Assembly (NCBI GenBank): GCA_963667715.1
Contig: OY763926.1
Location: forward strand, 2,552,609 to 2,616,608
DNA length: 64,000 nt
DNA from: Sedimentisphaerales bacterium
GTDB taxonomy: Bacteria > Planctomycetota > Phycisphaerae > Sedimentisphaerales > SM23-30
Direction: 5' to 3'
Position 1 is the first letter of the stretch. Each line of letters opens with the position of its first letter. Under the pieces are notes generated by a model. It had not been told where the DNA came from, did no database searches, and was given only the letters and a program-made list of their open reading frames with translations. Positions 10,942 through 21,496 of the stretch are shown here, one piece after another. Position numbers and translations under genes: made by a program.

Positions 10942-12420
10942 ATGGCTGATATTATGAAAAAATACGAAACAGTAATAGAACGAGTATCAAACCTGATAAA
11001 TAATGGGACCCTCAAAGAAGGTGACAAACTCCCCAGTGTCAGACAGATGGCACAACAGATGTCGCTGGGGATAATGACAGTGTTAGACGCATATCGTAGA
11101 ATGGAGGCGAGAGGGCTTATCGAGAGTCTGCCTCGCAGCGGATATATTGTTCGACCACCATCACTGCAAAAACCAGCTAACATCATAAAATTACCTGAAG
11201 CAAGAATTGGCAATATTACCGTTCAGGAAAAAACGGTTCAAATACCAGCTGAAGTCGAAGAGCTTTTCAGAGCTGTGGTTCAGCCTGATATGGTAGCTCT
11301 CGGTGCGGGGCTGCCAGACCCTGGTGATTTGCCAAGTGAGGAACTAAGTCTCGCACTGGCTAGAGCGGCTCGTACCTGGCCGATGGAGAATAATCAATAT
11401 TATCTGGGATTTGGCGACCAGCAGTTGGCAACAGAGCTTGGCAAATGGATGGTTAATACAGGCTGCAGCCCGTTACCAGATGAAATCACCATAACTCAGG
11501 GAATAACTCAGGCACTGAATCTAGCCTTGCGTGCTATAAGTAAACCCGGAGATACCATACTGGTAGAGTCACCTGGCTATTATGGTTTTTACACTATACT
11601 AGAATACCTCAATCTTAAAGCTGTTGAAGTGCCCGTTGAACCGTCTTGCGGGATATCTATACCTGAACTAACTAAAATACTTAAAAAAGGTGTCAGACCC
11701 AAAGCACTGATATGTTCACCAACATTTTCTAATCCTACCGGCGCTGTAATTCCCGGCGAGAACCGGCAGAAACTGATTGAACTCTCTCAAAAATATAACT
11801 TCATTATTATTGAAGATGATACTTATGGTGAACTATATTTTAGCTCACACCGCCCTTTTCCACCACTGAAAGCTTTGGCACCAGAAGATATTATATATCT
11901 GGGCAGTTTTAGCAAACTGTTTGCGCCTGGTTATCGCATAGGCTGGGCTGCGGCGGGAAGGTACACAGACGATCTGAGACGATGCTATAGTATGGCAATT
12001 CTGGCAAGCCCACCGGTACTGCAAAAGGCTGTAGCTGATTATTTGAAACGCGGCGGCGTTCGCCAGCATTTACGCAGATTAAGGGAAAAGTACCATAATA
12101 ATACTCTCACTTTCCAAGGTATCATTGCCGAGAGCTTTCCAGAAGGAACACGCACTGCTGACCCTGCCGGCGGACATTATCTCTGGCTTGAGCTGCCGAA
12201 AAAATGTGATGCAGTGGCGATCACCAGAGAAGCCATGAAGCAAAAAGTATCAGCCGCGCCAGGTGTGTTGTTTTCCTCTCGCCGACACTATAAGAACTAT
12301 ATGAGACTGAATTGCGGATTGAAATGTACTGAAAAGGTTATAAACGCTATCAAAACAATTGGTAAGTTGGCTAAGGAAGATATACAAACCAGCAAGCCAC
12401 AAATATCTGCTACCGGCTAA
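10942..12420 (+). CDS. MocR/GntR-family transcriptional regulator with a PLP-dependent aminotransferase-like domain
   Basis: The N-terminal winged-HTH is LPSVRQMAQQMSLGIMTVLDAYRRMEARGLI. It is followed by a fold-type I aminotransferase domain with the PLP-lysine motif SFSKLFAPGYRIGW. Confidence 0.8.
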   Translation: MADIMKKYETVIERVSNLINNGTLKEGDKLPSVRQMAQQMSLGIMTVLDAYRRMEARGLIESLPRSGYIVRPPSLQKPANIIKLPEARIGNITVQEKTVQIPAEVEELFRAVVQPDMVALGAGLPDPGDLPSEELSLALARAARTWPMENNQYYLGFGDQQLATELGKWMVNTGCSPLPDEITITQGITQALNLALRAISKPGDTILVESPGYYGFYTILEYLNLKAVEVPVEPSCGISIPELTKILKKGVRPKALICSPTFSNPTGAVIPGENRQKLIELSQKYNFIIIEDDTYGELYFSSHRPFPPLKALAPEDIIYLGSFSKLFAPGYRIGWAAAGRYTDDLRRCYSMAILASPPVLQKAVADYLKRGGVRQHLRRLREKYHNNTLTFQGIIAESFPEGTRTADPAGGHYLWLELPKKCDAVAITREAMKQKVSAAPGVLFSSRRHYKNYMRLNCGLKCTEKVINAIKTIGKLAKEDIQTSKPQISATG

Positions 12421-12423
12421 TTA

Positions 12424-12483
12424 AAATAGGATCAGTCGCCATTAGCCAGTAAATATACTGCCAAATGGCGACTGATCCTATTT
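12424..12483. terminator. Long bidirectional hairpin between the convergent MocR gene and the sulfatase gene
   Basis: A 19-bp perfect stem pairs AAATAGGATCAGTCGCCAT (12424-12442) with ATGGCGACTGATCCTATTT (12465-12483) around a 22-nt loop, flanked by A/T runs. Confidence 0.6.
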
Positions 12484-12506
12484 ATACAATATCAAGTCAG
12501 AATTGG

Positions 12507-14273
12507 CTATCTGTTTCTATTTGGTTTTGGATAGGCCATAGCTCTCAAGGCCCACTTATGCCATTTATCAGCCATTTCTTTTACCTTTTCCGGGTATTTT
12601 CCGGAAAGATCATTCAGCTCTGCCCGGTCTTGCGGTATATTAAACAGCTCCCATCCGTCTAAAGGCAGTACTTCAACAGCGTCCCAGCGTTCTGCATGGT
12701 TAAAGGCTTTAGAAACCAGCTTCCAATCTCCCATGCGAATGGCTCTATTACCTTCGTGTTCCCAATATAGCGCTTCACGATCTAAAGGTTTATCACTGTT
12801 AAATGCCGGTGCCAGACTCACACCTTCCATTGGATGGATCTTATTGCCGTTATACTCTATTGGATAATCTGCATTACCTAGGTCAACGCAGGTTGCCATA
12901 ATATCCATCAATTGACTGGTTTGCGACCTTAGCTTGCCATTGTATTTTTTATCAATGCCAGCTGGCCAGTGGACAATAAGCGGAGTTGAAATACCACCCT
13001 CATGTGTCCAGTGTTTGTACTGGCGAAATGGAGTATTTGATACATTAGCCCAATTCTGGCCACAAGAAATATATGTGCCGTCACCACCTGGCATAGCACT
13101 TTTACCGCCAATAACAGGTCTACCATCACGAGTATACATAGGAGGAATAAATCTATCCTGCTGCTCTTCTGGGGACATTGGCTTTTTAGCTGGCATATAC
13201 CAGTTTTTGGTTGGGCCACGGCCAATATTTTCAGCACAGGCTCCATTATCCTGCAAGAAAAAGATAATTGTATTATCTAATTGGCCATTTTCCTCCAAAG
13301 TATCAACTATACGGCCAATCCCCTGATCCATTCTATCGATCATTGCTGCGTATACTTCCATACAGCGAGCTTCCCAGGCCTTATACTCACAATCGTCCCA
13401 GTTACCAACTGTCTCTGTATACTTGCAGTTTTGTTCTATCACACCTAGCTTCTTCATTTTTTCAAACCTGGCACGACGGATAGCATCATAGCCGACATCG
13501 TATTTGCCATGATACTTTTCAATATCCTCTTCCAAAGCATGAAGCGGCCAATGAGCTGCGGTATATGCAACATAAGAAAAGAACGGCTTATCTGGAGACT
13601 CTTCATGTTGTTCATTTATGAAGCGAATAGTATTATCTGTTACAGCGTCAGTATAATAATATTTTTCCGGTTTATAATCAAGGTCAGCATAAGCCGATAT
13701 TCTTGTATTGCCACGTACCAATGTCTGAGGGTCATAAAAACTACCAGCACCTCTAAGTGTGCCGTAACATTTTTCAAAACCTCTCTGCACCGGCCAATTG
13801 CTGATATCACCATCGGGATCGAAGATAAAACTATTAACATGCCATTTACCTGTCATAAAAGTATTATAACCACCTGCCTTCATAACTTCAGCAATTGTAA
13901 CACATTTTTTATTGATCTTGCCACTATAAGCCTCAACATGCTCATCGGTTTCCATATGACCAATTCCGGTCTGATGCGGGAATAGGCCGGTAAGCAAGGA
14001 AGCTCTGGTTGGACAACAGCGAGCACCATTATAAAACTGAGTAAAACGTAAGCCACGTGCCGCCAATTTATCAAGATTCGGGGTATGTATCTCACTACCG
14101 TAACAGCCCAAATCAGAATACCCCATATCATCTGACATGATAAGCAGAACATTCGGCCTCTTATCAACTGCCTTCTCTGCTACCGGTTTACCAGAAACAA
14201 AGCGGGTAAAAACTGCAGATACCCCCACAAATAACGACGCACTTAAACCAAATCTGGTTAAAAATCTATTCAT
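12507..14273 (-). CDS. Arylsulfatase (formylglycine-dependent sulfatase family)
   Basis: The metal-site motif SDDMGYSDLGCYG and the sulfatase signature CCPTRASLLTG (C-x-P-x-R) are present. The likely start is ATG 14273 (MNRFLTRFGLSASLF, signal-like) with the SD-like AGGAAAGG upstream. The supplied ORF extends to 14342. Confidence 0.85.
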   Translation of the reverse strand: MNRFLTRFGLSASLFVGVSAVFTRFVSGKPVAEKAVDKRPNVLLIMSDDMGYSDLGCYGSEIHTPNLDKLAARGLRFTQFYNGARCCPTRASLLTGLFPHQTGIGHMETDEHVEAYSGKINKKCVTIAEVMKAGGYNTFMTGKWHVNSFIFDPDGDISNWPVQRGFEKCYGTLRGAGSFYDPQTLVRGNTRISAYADLDYKPEKYYYTDAVTDNTIRFINEQHEESPDKPFFSYVAYTAAHWPLHALEEDIEKYHGKYDVGYDAIRRARFEKMKKLGVIEQNCKYTETVGNWDDCEYKAWEARCMEVYAAMIDRMDQGIGRIVDTLEENGQLDNTIIFFLQDNGACAENIGRGPTKNWYMPAKKPMSPEEQQDRFIPPMYTRDGRPVIGGKSAMPGGDGTYISCGQNWANVSNTPFRQYKHWTHEGGISTPLIVHWPAGIDKKYNGKLRSQTSQLMDIMATCVDLGNADYPIEYNGNKIHPMEGVSLAPAFNSDKPLDREALYWEHEGNRAIRMGDWKLVSKAFNHAERWDAVEVLPLDGWELFNIPQDRAELNDLSGKYPEKVKEMADKWHKWALRAMAYPKPNRNR

Positions 14274-14376
14274 TGACCCTTTCCTTTTTATTAATACCGC
14301 ACTATTGAAACGAATAAAAGGTCGGCAGCTGATATACAACATGCCGCCGACCTTAAACTACTAACATTTACCAACT

Positions 14377-17172
14377 TTATTTAATAGCAAATACTATAGT
14401 TGGATCGAGCATATAGCGACCAAACTTATCGCCATAAATTGCAATACCACCTGGCAACGAATCGTCAACAGCAATACGCAGAACGATCTCACCGGCAGCT
14501 TCTGCTGCAGCTAAAGATTCTTCAGTAAATACTGAGCTAAGCAAGTAGCCGTAAGAACCAGCTTCTCTTAGCTTCTTGTCTTGCAGCTGACTATGCCATG
14601 ACAGTATGCCTCTATGGTCAGCAGGATCATCAGGTAGATCGAACCTGCCAATAACCTTGCCAGCAGCACTTACTGTAACAGCTGACTGGTATTTTACCTC
14701 GTCAGTCATAGCGTAAGCGTTTGGAAGTTTAACTGGGTCATGTGTACCGCCGCCACGCATGAAGTCGCCTTCTTCAACCTTGGCACCAACAACATCCTTG
14801 CCGAAGAGCTCTTTGGCAGATGCTTCCATCTTAAATACTGCACTAGTTATATCTGAGGCTTTTAGCCCTTCCGGCCATGCAATATGATATTCCAGATAAC
14901 CAGCACCTGCTGCGTTAACCTTTAAGCCGTCAAGTACATCCCAAAGACGAACTGAAAAATCACCTGAAGTATAGCTTTTCGGTGCAAAACGGATAATGCG
15001 TTTTCTGACACCATCTTCAATAACAGTCTCATCACGAGGCAGGACACCATCACGCACATCAAAAGTAACAAAGTTATGCTGTACAATATCGCCAGCACTA
15101 TTTTCAAGTACCATTGCCAAAACAGCAACTGCCGGCTTAGACGGCATAGTAACCGCCAAAGGTTCAAGCTCTGACTGCATCCAAGCCTTATACGGAAGCT
15201 CTTTACTAAACGTTGAATAGCTTTCACGTTCACCAAATGAATCCCAGCCGTAAAGTTCACATTTCAAGGTAAGCTTATCGCCCATAGGCTTATCTGTCAT
15301 TGAAGACAAATGCAGCGGTACTGATACCTTCTCGCCAGGTGTAACGGTATGACAAACGCCAACACCAGGAGATAAATATATCGGGCTGTGCCAGTCATTC
15401 AGCGACATGCCGTCAACCAGTTCTTCTACGCCAGTATATTTCATACTGCGATCAAATCTATAGTAACCATTCCACTCGTTAATAACATCATGATGTTCAG
15501 TATAAAGCCAACCACACATCTTTGGATGACGGCGGAACTCATTCATCATTAGATGATAGTCCCAGCTCCAGTCTACATCGCCGGTACTGCCCTCATAGCC
15601 CCAAACGTTACCACACTCACTATTCATCATTGGATCGCCATCCTGCTTATTGTCGCCAATATAGCTATGGCCTGAACCGGGATAGGTTTGCTTGCATACA
15701 TCATCAAGGAACTCACGCCAATCGTAACCCGGGCGATATGCATGCCAGGAATTTATATCTGTTTCAACATGATCCCAATTACAGGTAGAGTTTTCTTCTA
15801 CCAGTCTGGTAGGGTCAAGACTCTTGGTCAGATGATACATATCGCGTACCCATTCCTGAGTTTCTGGCAGATATTTATGGTCATCACCTGTCTTGAGACC
15901 CCATGTTTCATTAAAATCGATCCAAGAGAAAATACTAGGATGATTAAAGTCGCGTTTAACCATACGTCGCATAGTATATTCAGATTCAGCACGAGCTTTT
16001 GGCCCTGGTTCGCCCCAGAAATTCGGAACGTCAGCCATAATAAGCAGACCAAGCTTATCAGCCCAATAGAGCTTGCGAGGAACTTCAACCTTGATATGGA
16101 TACGGTTACCATTGAGACCGATACGGCGAGATCGAAGGATCTCATCACGCATGAACTCATCGCTAGGGAAGGTATAATAACCATCTTCATGGTACGACTG
16201 ATCTAAACATAGCTGAAGATAGATCGGCTTATTATTTAGAGCTATATATGGGATATCGGTTCCGGGAAGTTTTACCACACTGATTTTACGCATACCAAAA
16301 TAAGTATCAACGGTATCAGTTGTAGCACCATCACTAACTTTTGCCTTAACTTCATACAAAAATGGATCTTCAAGCGACCAGAGATGTGCCTGTGGGATTG
16401 CAACAGAGAATTCCAGCTCTTTTACACCAGCCTGTATCGGCTCACTAACAGTCTGCAAACCAGATTCTTCTGCAAATTCAAGAATCATTTCACTATCTCT
16501 GGCTGTAGCTTTATTTAACTCGGCCTTTACTGTCACCTTGCCATTGTCAATATCTGGGTAATAATGGATAGTTTCAATAGCCAGCTCTGGGCGAGCTTCC
16601 AGGTATACTGTCTGCCAGATACCAGCGGCTCTGCCATAGCCCTGCTTACCTTCCAACTTAAATGGGTGCGGCGTGTCATCTACCCGCAGTGTAAGAGTCT
16701 GCTCTGAGCCCCACTTAATATCTGTAAGTTCAAATTCAAACGGTGTGTAGCCCCCTTGATGTGAGCCCAGCTCTTTACCGTCAAACCAGCCTTTACTTAT
16801 CCAGTCACTTGCACCAACTACAACAAATACCTTTTTGCCTTTCCAGTCAGCAGGAACTGTTATCTTGCGCGAATACCAACCAATGTCAGCTTCATCTTTA
16901 ATACCAGATAGCTCTGAGCCCCATGGGAAAGGAACCAAGATATCTTTGGTAAAGGCTTTATTGCCAGCAAACCAACTCTCTGATTCACCAACATTGGCCT
17001 TATCAAACTCAAACTGCCACTTACCATTAAGATTGAGCCAATCCGCCCTCATAAAATCTGGACGCGGATGCTCAGGAAGCGGAATATCAGCAGAATAAAC
17101 ACTGGAACCTAAAAACAGCATTAAAAAGGTAGAGATAACCAATTTAATACCAAACTGCTTTGATCGTTTCAT
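14377..17172 (-). CDS. Glycoside hydrolase family 2-like enzyme (931 aa)
   Basis: There is a signal-like N-terminus, a GH2 sugar-binding-domain pattern (KKVFVVVGASDWISKGWFDGKELGSHQGGYTPFEFELTD) and a TIM-barrel acid/base region NHPSIFSWIDFNETWG. Specificity is unknown. Confidence 0.7.
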   Translation of the reverse strand: MKRSKQFGIKLVISTFLMLFLGSSVYSADIPLPEHPRPDFMRADWLNLNGKWQFEFDKANVGESESWFAGNKAFTKDILVPFPWGSELSGIKDEADIGWYSRKITVPADWKGKKVFVVVGASDWISKGWFDGKELGSHQGGYTPFEFELTDIKWGSEQTLTLRVDDTPHPFKLEGKQGYGRAAGIWQTVYLEARPELAIETIHYYPDIDNGKVTVKAELNKATARDSEMILEFAEESGLQTVSEPIQAGVKELEFSVAIPQAHLWSLEDPFLYEVKAKVSDGATTDTVDTYFGMRKISVVKLPGTDIPYIALNNKPIYLQLCLDQSYHEDGYYTFPSDEFMRDEILRSRRIGLNGNRIHIKVEVPRKLYWADKLGLLIMADVPNFWGEPGPKARAESEYTMRRMVKRDFNHPSIFSWIDFNETWGLKTGDDHKYLPETQEWVRDMYHLTKSLDPTRLVEENSTCNWDHVETDINSWHAYRPGYDWREFLDDVCKQTYPGSGHSYIGDNKQDGDPMMNSECGNVWGYEGSTGDVDWSWDYHLMMNEFRRHPKMCGWLYTEHHDVINEWNGYYRFDRSMKYTGVEELVDGMSLNDWHSPIYLSPGVGVCHTVTPGEKVSVPLHLSSMTDKPMGDKLTLKCELYGWDSFGERESYSTFSKELPYKAWMQSELEPLAVTMPSKPAVAVLAMVLENSAGDIVQHNFVTFDVRDGVLPRDETVIEDGVRKRIIRFAPKSYTSGDFSVRLWDVLDGLKVNAAGAGYLEYHIAWPEGLKASDITSAVFKMEASAKELFGKDVVGAKVEEGDFMRGGGTHDPVKLPNAYAMTDEVKYQSAVTVSAAGKVIGRFDLPDDPADHRGILSWHSQLQDKKLREAGSYGYLLSSVFTEESLAAAEAAGEIVLRIAVDDSLPGGIAIYGDKFGRYMLDPTIVFAIK

Positions 17173-17663
17173 AATTCACCTTTCATAAAATAATTCATAC
17201 ACAATTACAATTATGATGCATTGATATAACTATATTGATCCAATGACATCAGATTAACAAAAACGTGCAATAGATTGCAATTACCTATTTATCCAAAGAA
17301 AATAAATCAAAATGTAATTCGCTGAAAATACGAAATCGAGTCATACAAGTCCAATAATAGCTATTTTCTATCAGAAATACACATTTTTTTCATACTTACT
17401 GACAGAGTTGGTAAATATAAATATTAGATTGTTCTACAATACGCCCTGTTTTTCTAATTTCAGACTATTTCCATAAGAATCTTTACTATGGATGTTTATA
17501 TCTAAATATGCCGTAAATGCCCCACTTTTTTATATATTTTTCTTTTGGAATTTGACTTTTTGTATATGAGACTAATATTATCCCATATACTAACTATAGC
17601 AAATGAACATATAAGCAATAAAAGCCCCTAAATAACAATAGTATTCAAGGTGATATATAATAA

Positions 17664-18080
17664 GTGGATATTCTCAATAGAAATACAGACTACGCTTTCA
17701 GGCTTGCGGCTAACCTTGCGGCAGAGTACGGAAATGCCCCAATATCAGGCAGAAAACTAGCGAAAGACAATTTTGTGCCGTACGAGCTAACCCGAAAGCT
17801 TCTGCAAATGCTGGCAAAAGCCGATCTGGTTATCAGTACCAAAGGCCCTAAAGGTGGCTACAACCTAAGCAGAACCCCTGATACTATATCATTTATGGAG
17901 GTTATCGAAGCAATTCAAGGGAAATTATGTCTGAACAAATGCATTTTAAGCAGCTTTGCATGTCCGCTAAAAAACAAGTGTCCAGTGAGCAGCCATCTGG
18001 CGGAACTTCAAAAAGAAATTGATAAACATTTATCAGAAAAAACACTTAATGAAATACTAAACAATGATCAGGCAGGCTAA
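17664..18080 (+). CDS. Rrf2-family (NsrR/IscR-like) transcriptional regulator
   Basis: The start is GTG. The N-terminal Rrf2 HTH is TDYAFRLAANLA...ISGRKLAKDNFVPYELTRKLLQMLAKADLV, and the Cys cluster CILSSFACPLKNKC is compatible with Fe-S ligation. The gene sits immediately upstream of hcp. Confidence 0.8.
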   Translation: MDILNRNTDYAFRLAANLAAEYGNAPISGRKLAKDNFVPYELTRKLLQMLAKADLVISTKGPKGGYNLSRTPDTISFMEVIEAIQGKLCLNKCILSSFACPLKNKCPVSSHLAELQKEIDKHLSEKTLNEILNNDQAG

Positions 18081-18150
18081 GCCTGATATTTTTAACTTAT
18101 AACATAAACAGGAAATGGGTAAATTCTTTATTAAAAGGAAAGGCAGTAAT

Positions 18151-19803
18151 ATGTATTGTTATCAGTGTGAACAAACAGCTAAGGGACAGGGATGTACAGT
18201 ATCTGGAGTATGTGGTAAAACACCAGAAACTTCAGATTTACAGGATCTTCTCGTATATGTCGCTAAAGCAGTAGCCATGTACGGCCATCGTGCCAGAGTA
18301 CTTGGCGCCTCAGATGCTAAAGTAGACAAATATCTTATCGAAGCATTATTTACAACAGTCACAAATGTCAATTTTGACCCGGCAAGAATTGAAAAGATCA
18401 TTGCTTATGGGCAGGAAGTTATTGCCGATGCTAAAAAGCTATATGAATCTGTTTGTGCAAGCAAAGGTCAGACACCAGAGACTATATCAGACCTGGACAA
18501 TTGGCAGTTTCCTCAAACTCGCGATGAAATGGTAAAAGAATCTGCATCAATTGGTATAGCACGTAAACTTAGCGATCTGGGTGAGGATGTAACCGGTCTT
18601 CAGGAGCTGATTACATACGGCCTGAAGGGTACAGCCGCATACGCAGATCACGCAATGGTGCTAAATGTAATGGAAGATGATGCACTTGCATTTTTCCATG
18701 AATCACTGAACTTCCTGACAACTGCTGAAGCCAAAGAACTTGGTAACCTTGTTCCTATGGCAATGAAAGTTGGTGAAGTAAATCTCAAGGTTATGGAATT
18801 ATTAGATAAGGCCAATACAGACACATACGGACACCCTGAACCTACCGTAGTTAAGGTATCTCCAGTTAAAGGCAAGGCTATACTTGTATCTGGTCATGAC
18901 TTAAAAGACCTTGACCTGCTTTGTCAGCAGACAGAAGGCAAGGGAATTAATATTTATACACACGGCGAAATGCTGCCATGTCTGGCATATCCAAAACTTA
19001 AAAAATATAGTCATCTGGTCGGTAACTATGGTGGAGCATGGCAGGATCAGCAAAAGGAGTTTGCAGACTTCCCTGGACCAATTCTTATGACAACTAACTG
19101 CATACAGAAACCAGCTGATAGCTATATTAAACGAATATTCACAACTGGCCTGGTCGCATGGCCGGATGTTGTACATATTGGCGAGAATAAAGACTTCTCT
19201 CCTGTGATCGATGCTGCTTTGGCCGCTGATGGCTTTACTGAAGACGCACCAGAGAAAACTATAACTATCGGATTTGCTCGTAATGCGGTAATGAGCGTAG
19301 CTGGTGCCGTTGTAGATGCAGTAAAAGCAGGACAGATCAAGCACTTCTTCCTTATCGGCGGTTGTGATGGCGCCAAACCAGGTAGAAACTACTATACTGA
19401 GCTGGCAGAAGCAGTTCCAGATGATAGCGTCATACTTACTCTGGCTTGCGGAAAATATCGCTTTAACAAACTGGAATTTGGCGATATAGGCGGTATACCG
19501 CGTTTGTTAGATGTGGGTCAATGTAACGATGCATATTCTGCCATTCAGATAGCTGTAGCACTCGCTAATGCGTTTGGATGCGGTGTTAACGATCTGCCAC
19601 TAAGTATAGTATTAAGCTGGTACGAGCAGAAAGCGGTATGTATTCTGCTGACTCTGCTTCATTTAGGTATTAAAAATATGCGTATTGGTCCATCATTACC
19701 AGCGTTTGTCACACCTGCGGTGCTTAATGTACTGGTAGAAAACTTTGGAATTATGCCAACTGGCGACGCTAAAGCAGACCTTGACGCTATGTTGGCCGGA
19801 TAA
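18151..19803 (+). CDS. hcp: Hybrid cluster protein / hydroxylamine reductase
   Basis: MYCYQCEQTAKGQGCTVSGVCGK is the canonical Hcp N-terminal Cys motif. The supplied ORF starts at 18115, but the ATG at 18151 is preceded by AAAGGAAAGG and matches the usual Hcp N-terminus. Confidence 0.9.
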   Translation: MYCYQCEQTAKGQGCTVSGVCGKTPETSDLQDLLVYVAKAVAMYGHRARVLGASDAKVDKYLIEALFTTVTNVNFDPARIEKIIAYGQEVIADAKKLYESVCASKGQTPETISDLDNWQFPQTRDEMVKESASIGIARKLSDLGEDVTGLQELITYGLKGTAAYADHAMVLNVMEDDALAFFHESLNFLTTAEAKELGNLVPMAMKVGEVNLKVMELLDKANTDTYGHPEPTVVKVSPVKGKAILVSGHDLKDLDLLCQQTEGKGINIYTHGEMLPCLAYPKLKKYSHLVGNYGGAWQDQQKEFADFPGPILMTTNCIQKPADSYIKRIFTTGLVAWPDVVHIGENKDFSPVIDAALAADGFTEDAPEKTITIGFARNAVMSVAGAVVDAVKAGQIKHFFLIGGCDGAKPGRNYYTELAEAVPDDSVILTLACGKYRFNKLEFGDIGGIPRLLDVGQCNDAYSAIQIAVALANAFGCGVNDLPLSIVLSWYEQKAVCILLTLLHLGIKNMRIGPSLPAFVTPAVLNVLVENFGIMPTGDAKADLDAMLAG

Positions 19804-19850
19804 TCATAGCAACATTCAGCAGAACTTCATAAACAACTGCTAAGCATATA

Positions 19851-19888
19851 AAAAACCTGACAGTAATGATCGACTGTCAGGTTTTTTT
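19851..19888. terminator. Bidirectional rho-independent terminator between hcp and the convergent ykgJ-like gene
   Basis: The A-run 19851-19855 precedes a stem pairing CCTGACAGT (19856-19864) with ACTGTCAGG (19873-19881), followed by the T-run 19882-19888. Confidence 0.65.
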
Positions 19889-19899
19889 GATTTATATGA

Positions 19900-20433
19900 T
19901 CATTTTACAAGATCAGCCAGTGGAAGTCTTGTAAGAGCCGTAATCTCTTCACTTTCAAAAGCAGCTATAAAACGCTGATTGATCTCATACAGTTCTTCGT
20001 TCATCTCATCAATATTGAGAATATTATCAGGAGTAAACTCTACTGCTTCGCCCTGCTGGCCGGTAAAATTCTTTGGGCAGAAATCAACCGCATAGCTGGG
20101 AGGGTCAAGTTCATCTGCAAGGAATACTATCGGTACTCCGTGAGTTCTACAGATAAGCGGACGCGAAGCATACAAGACGCACAAGTCACCTTTTAAGTAA
20201 CCACAAGATGTATTTGCGTCAAAGGTAAGCTCTGCAAGCTTATCTGAGAGTTCATGCTTTATAGCATAATATTCAACAGGGAAAACAGATAAATTCACAC
20301 AACAATCAGAACATTTAGCACAACATGTAATATGACTACCATGAATATCGAGCAAATATTGAACCTGCTGGCCAACCCTGGCCTTCAAGGCAAAATAAGA
20401 TTCAATTGCCGAGGTAAATAATTCATTATTCAT
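19900..20433 (-). CDS. YkgJ-family cysteine-cluster (CxxCxxCC) protein
   Basis: The motif CAKCSDCC plus the downstream C...C...CRTHG pattern is typical of the UPF0153/YkgJ putative Fe-S/zinc proteins. Confidence 0.6.
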   Translation of the reverse strand: MNNELFTSAIESYFALKARVGQQVQYLLDIHGSHITCCAKCSDCCVNLSVFPVEYYAIKHELSDKLAELTFDANTSCGYLKGDLCVLYASRPLICRTHGVPIVFLADELDPPSYAVDFCPKNFTGQQGEAVEFTPDNILNIDEMNEELYEINQRFIAAFESEEITALTRLPLADLVK

Positions 20434-20462
20434 ATAATAACTTTACTTTCACAAACTATGGC

Positions 20463-21167
20463 TTAAATATTATTCTGATCAGTCAATAAATAGCTGCAAG
20501 GGACACTTTTAATGATCTTTGCGGGACAATCAACCTCATCATAAACTTCATCGTCAAGAGCCGTAAGGGCCTGTCGTTTACTTTCACCAGTAGCCATTAA
20601 CAAAGCATACTTGCTATTTTTTATCAGATATTTACTTGCCGATATGCGTCGTGCGGGAGGTTTTGGAGATTCTTCTACCAAAATGTAGCCTTTTGACACT
20701 GAATCTCTTATAGAATCATGATAAGGGAACAAACTAGCTATATGGCCATCCTCACCAATACTAAGAAGAACTATATCGAAAGCACCGCCAAATTCATTTA
20801 GCTGGTCATTATAATCAGATATAGCACCATCAATATCAGCCCCAATAACAAAAGGATGAATATTTGTCTCTGATATCTTACCAGAATCTATCATATCACC
20901 CCAAAAAGTATCCTTTGCCAGCTTATAATTACTATCTGGGCTATCTAATGGCACCCATCTCTCATCAGCCATAAAAAAATGAACTCTTGACCAAGGGATA
21001 TTCTTATTAAGAAGGTGAGTAAAAACACCAGAGACACTTCTACCGCCGCAAATTGCCAAAATAGCACTATCTTTTGTAGCCAGTACAGAACTAAGACAAG
21101 AAGCGATCAATGCAGCAGAGTTTTTCTGCACATTTTCTACATCACAGAATCGTAGTATTTCAAGCAT
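20463..21167 (-). CDS. pgl: 6-phosphogluconolactonase (SugarP isomerase/DevB family)
   Basis: Motifs ICGGRSV, WSRVHFFMADERWVP and LSIGEDGHIASLFP match the lactonase/NagB fold signatures, and the 234-aa length fits Pgl. Confidence 0.75.
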   Translation of the reverse strand: MLEILRFCDVENVQKNSAALIASCLSSVLATKDSAILAICGGRSVSGVFTHLLNKNIPWSRVHFFMADERWVPLDSPDSNYKLAKDTFWGDMIDSGKISETNIHPFVIGADIDGAISDYNDQLNEFGGAFDIVLLSIGEDGHIASLFPYHDSIRDSVSKGYILVEESPKPPARRISASKYLIKNSKYALLMATGESKRQALTALDDEVYDEVDCPAKIIKSVPCSYLLTDQNNI

Positions 21168-21219
21168 AACAGATCAAACCCCAAGAAAACTGTTCCGTAT
21201 GATAAAAGAGAAGGAAAAA

Positions 21220-21303
21220 TGCCGAAGGTGGGAATCGAACCCACACTCCTGGGAAGGAAAGGGATTTTGAATCCCTCGCGTCTGCCAGTTCCGCCACTTC
21301 GGC
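21220..21303 (-). tRNA. tRNA-Leu (anticodon CAA), class II with a long variable arm; CCA not encoded
   Basis: The reverse complement is GCCGAAGTGGCGGAACTGGCAGACGCGAGGGATTCAAAATCCCTTTCCTTCCCAGGAGTGTGGGTTCGATTCCCACCTTCGGCA. It folds with acceptor GCCGAAG/CTTCGGC, anticodon stem AGGGA/TCCCT with loop TTCAAAA, variable stem TCCT/AGGA, and T-arm GTGGG-TTCGATT-CCCAC. Confidence 0.92.
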
Positions 21304-21496
21304 AAGTGCTTTAATAACAAAGCTTTACATTGTCACAACTAAAAATATCCCAATCACAGGAATATTATTACGGTATAAAGTTATTACTGCAACACGTAAA
21401 TTATTAACAGAAGAGAAAGTATATAAATATACTGCTAATACGTCAATAAAATATTTCTTTTTTTACAATTGTTATTAACAATGAAGTTTTAGGAAC

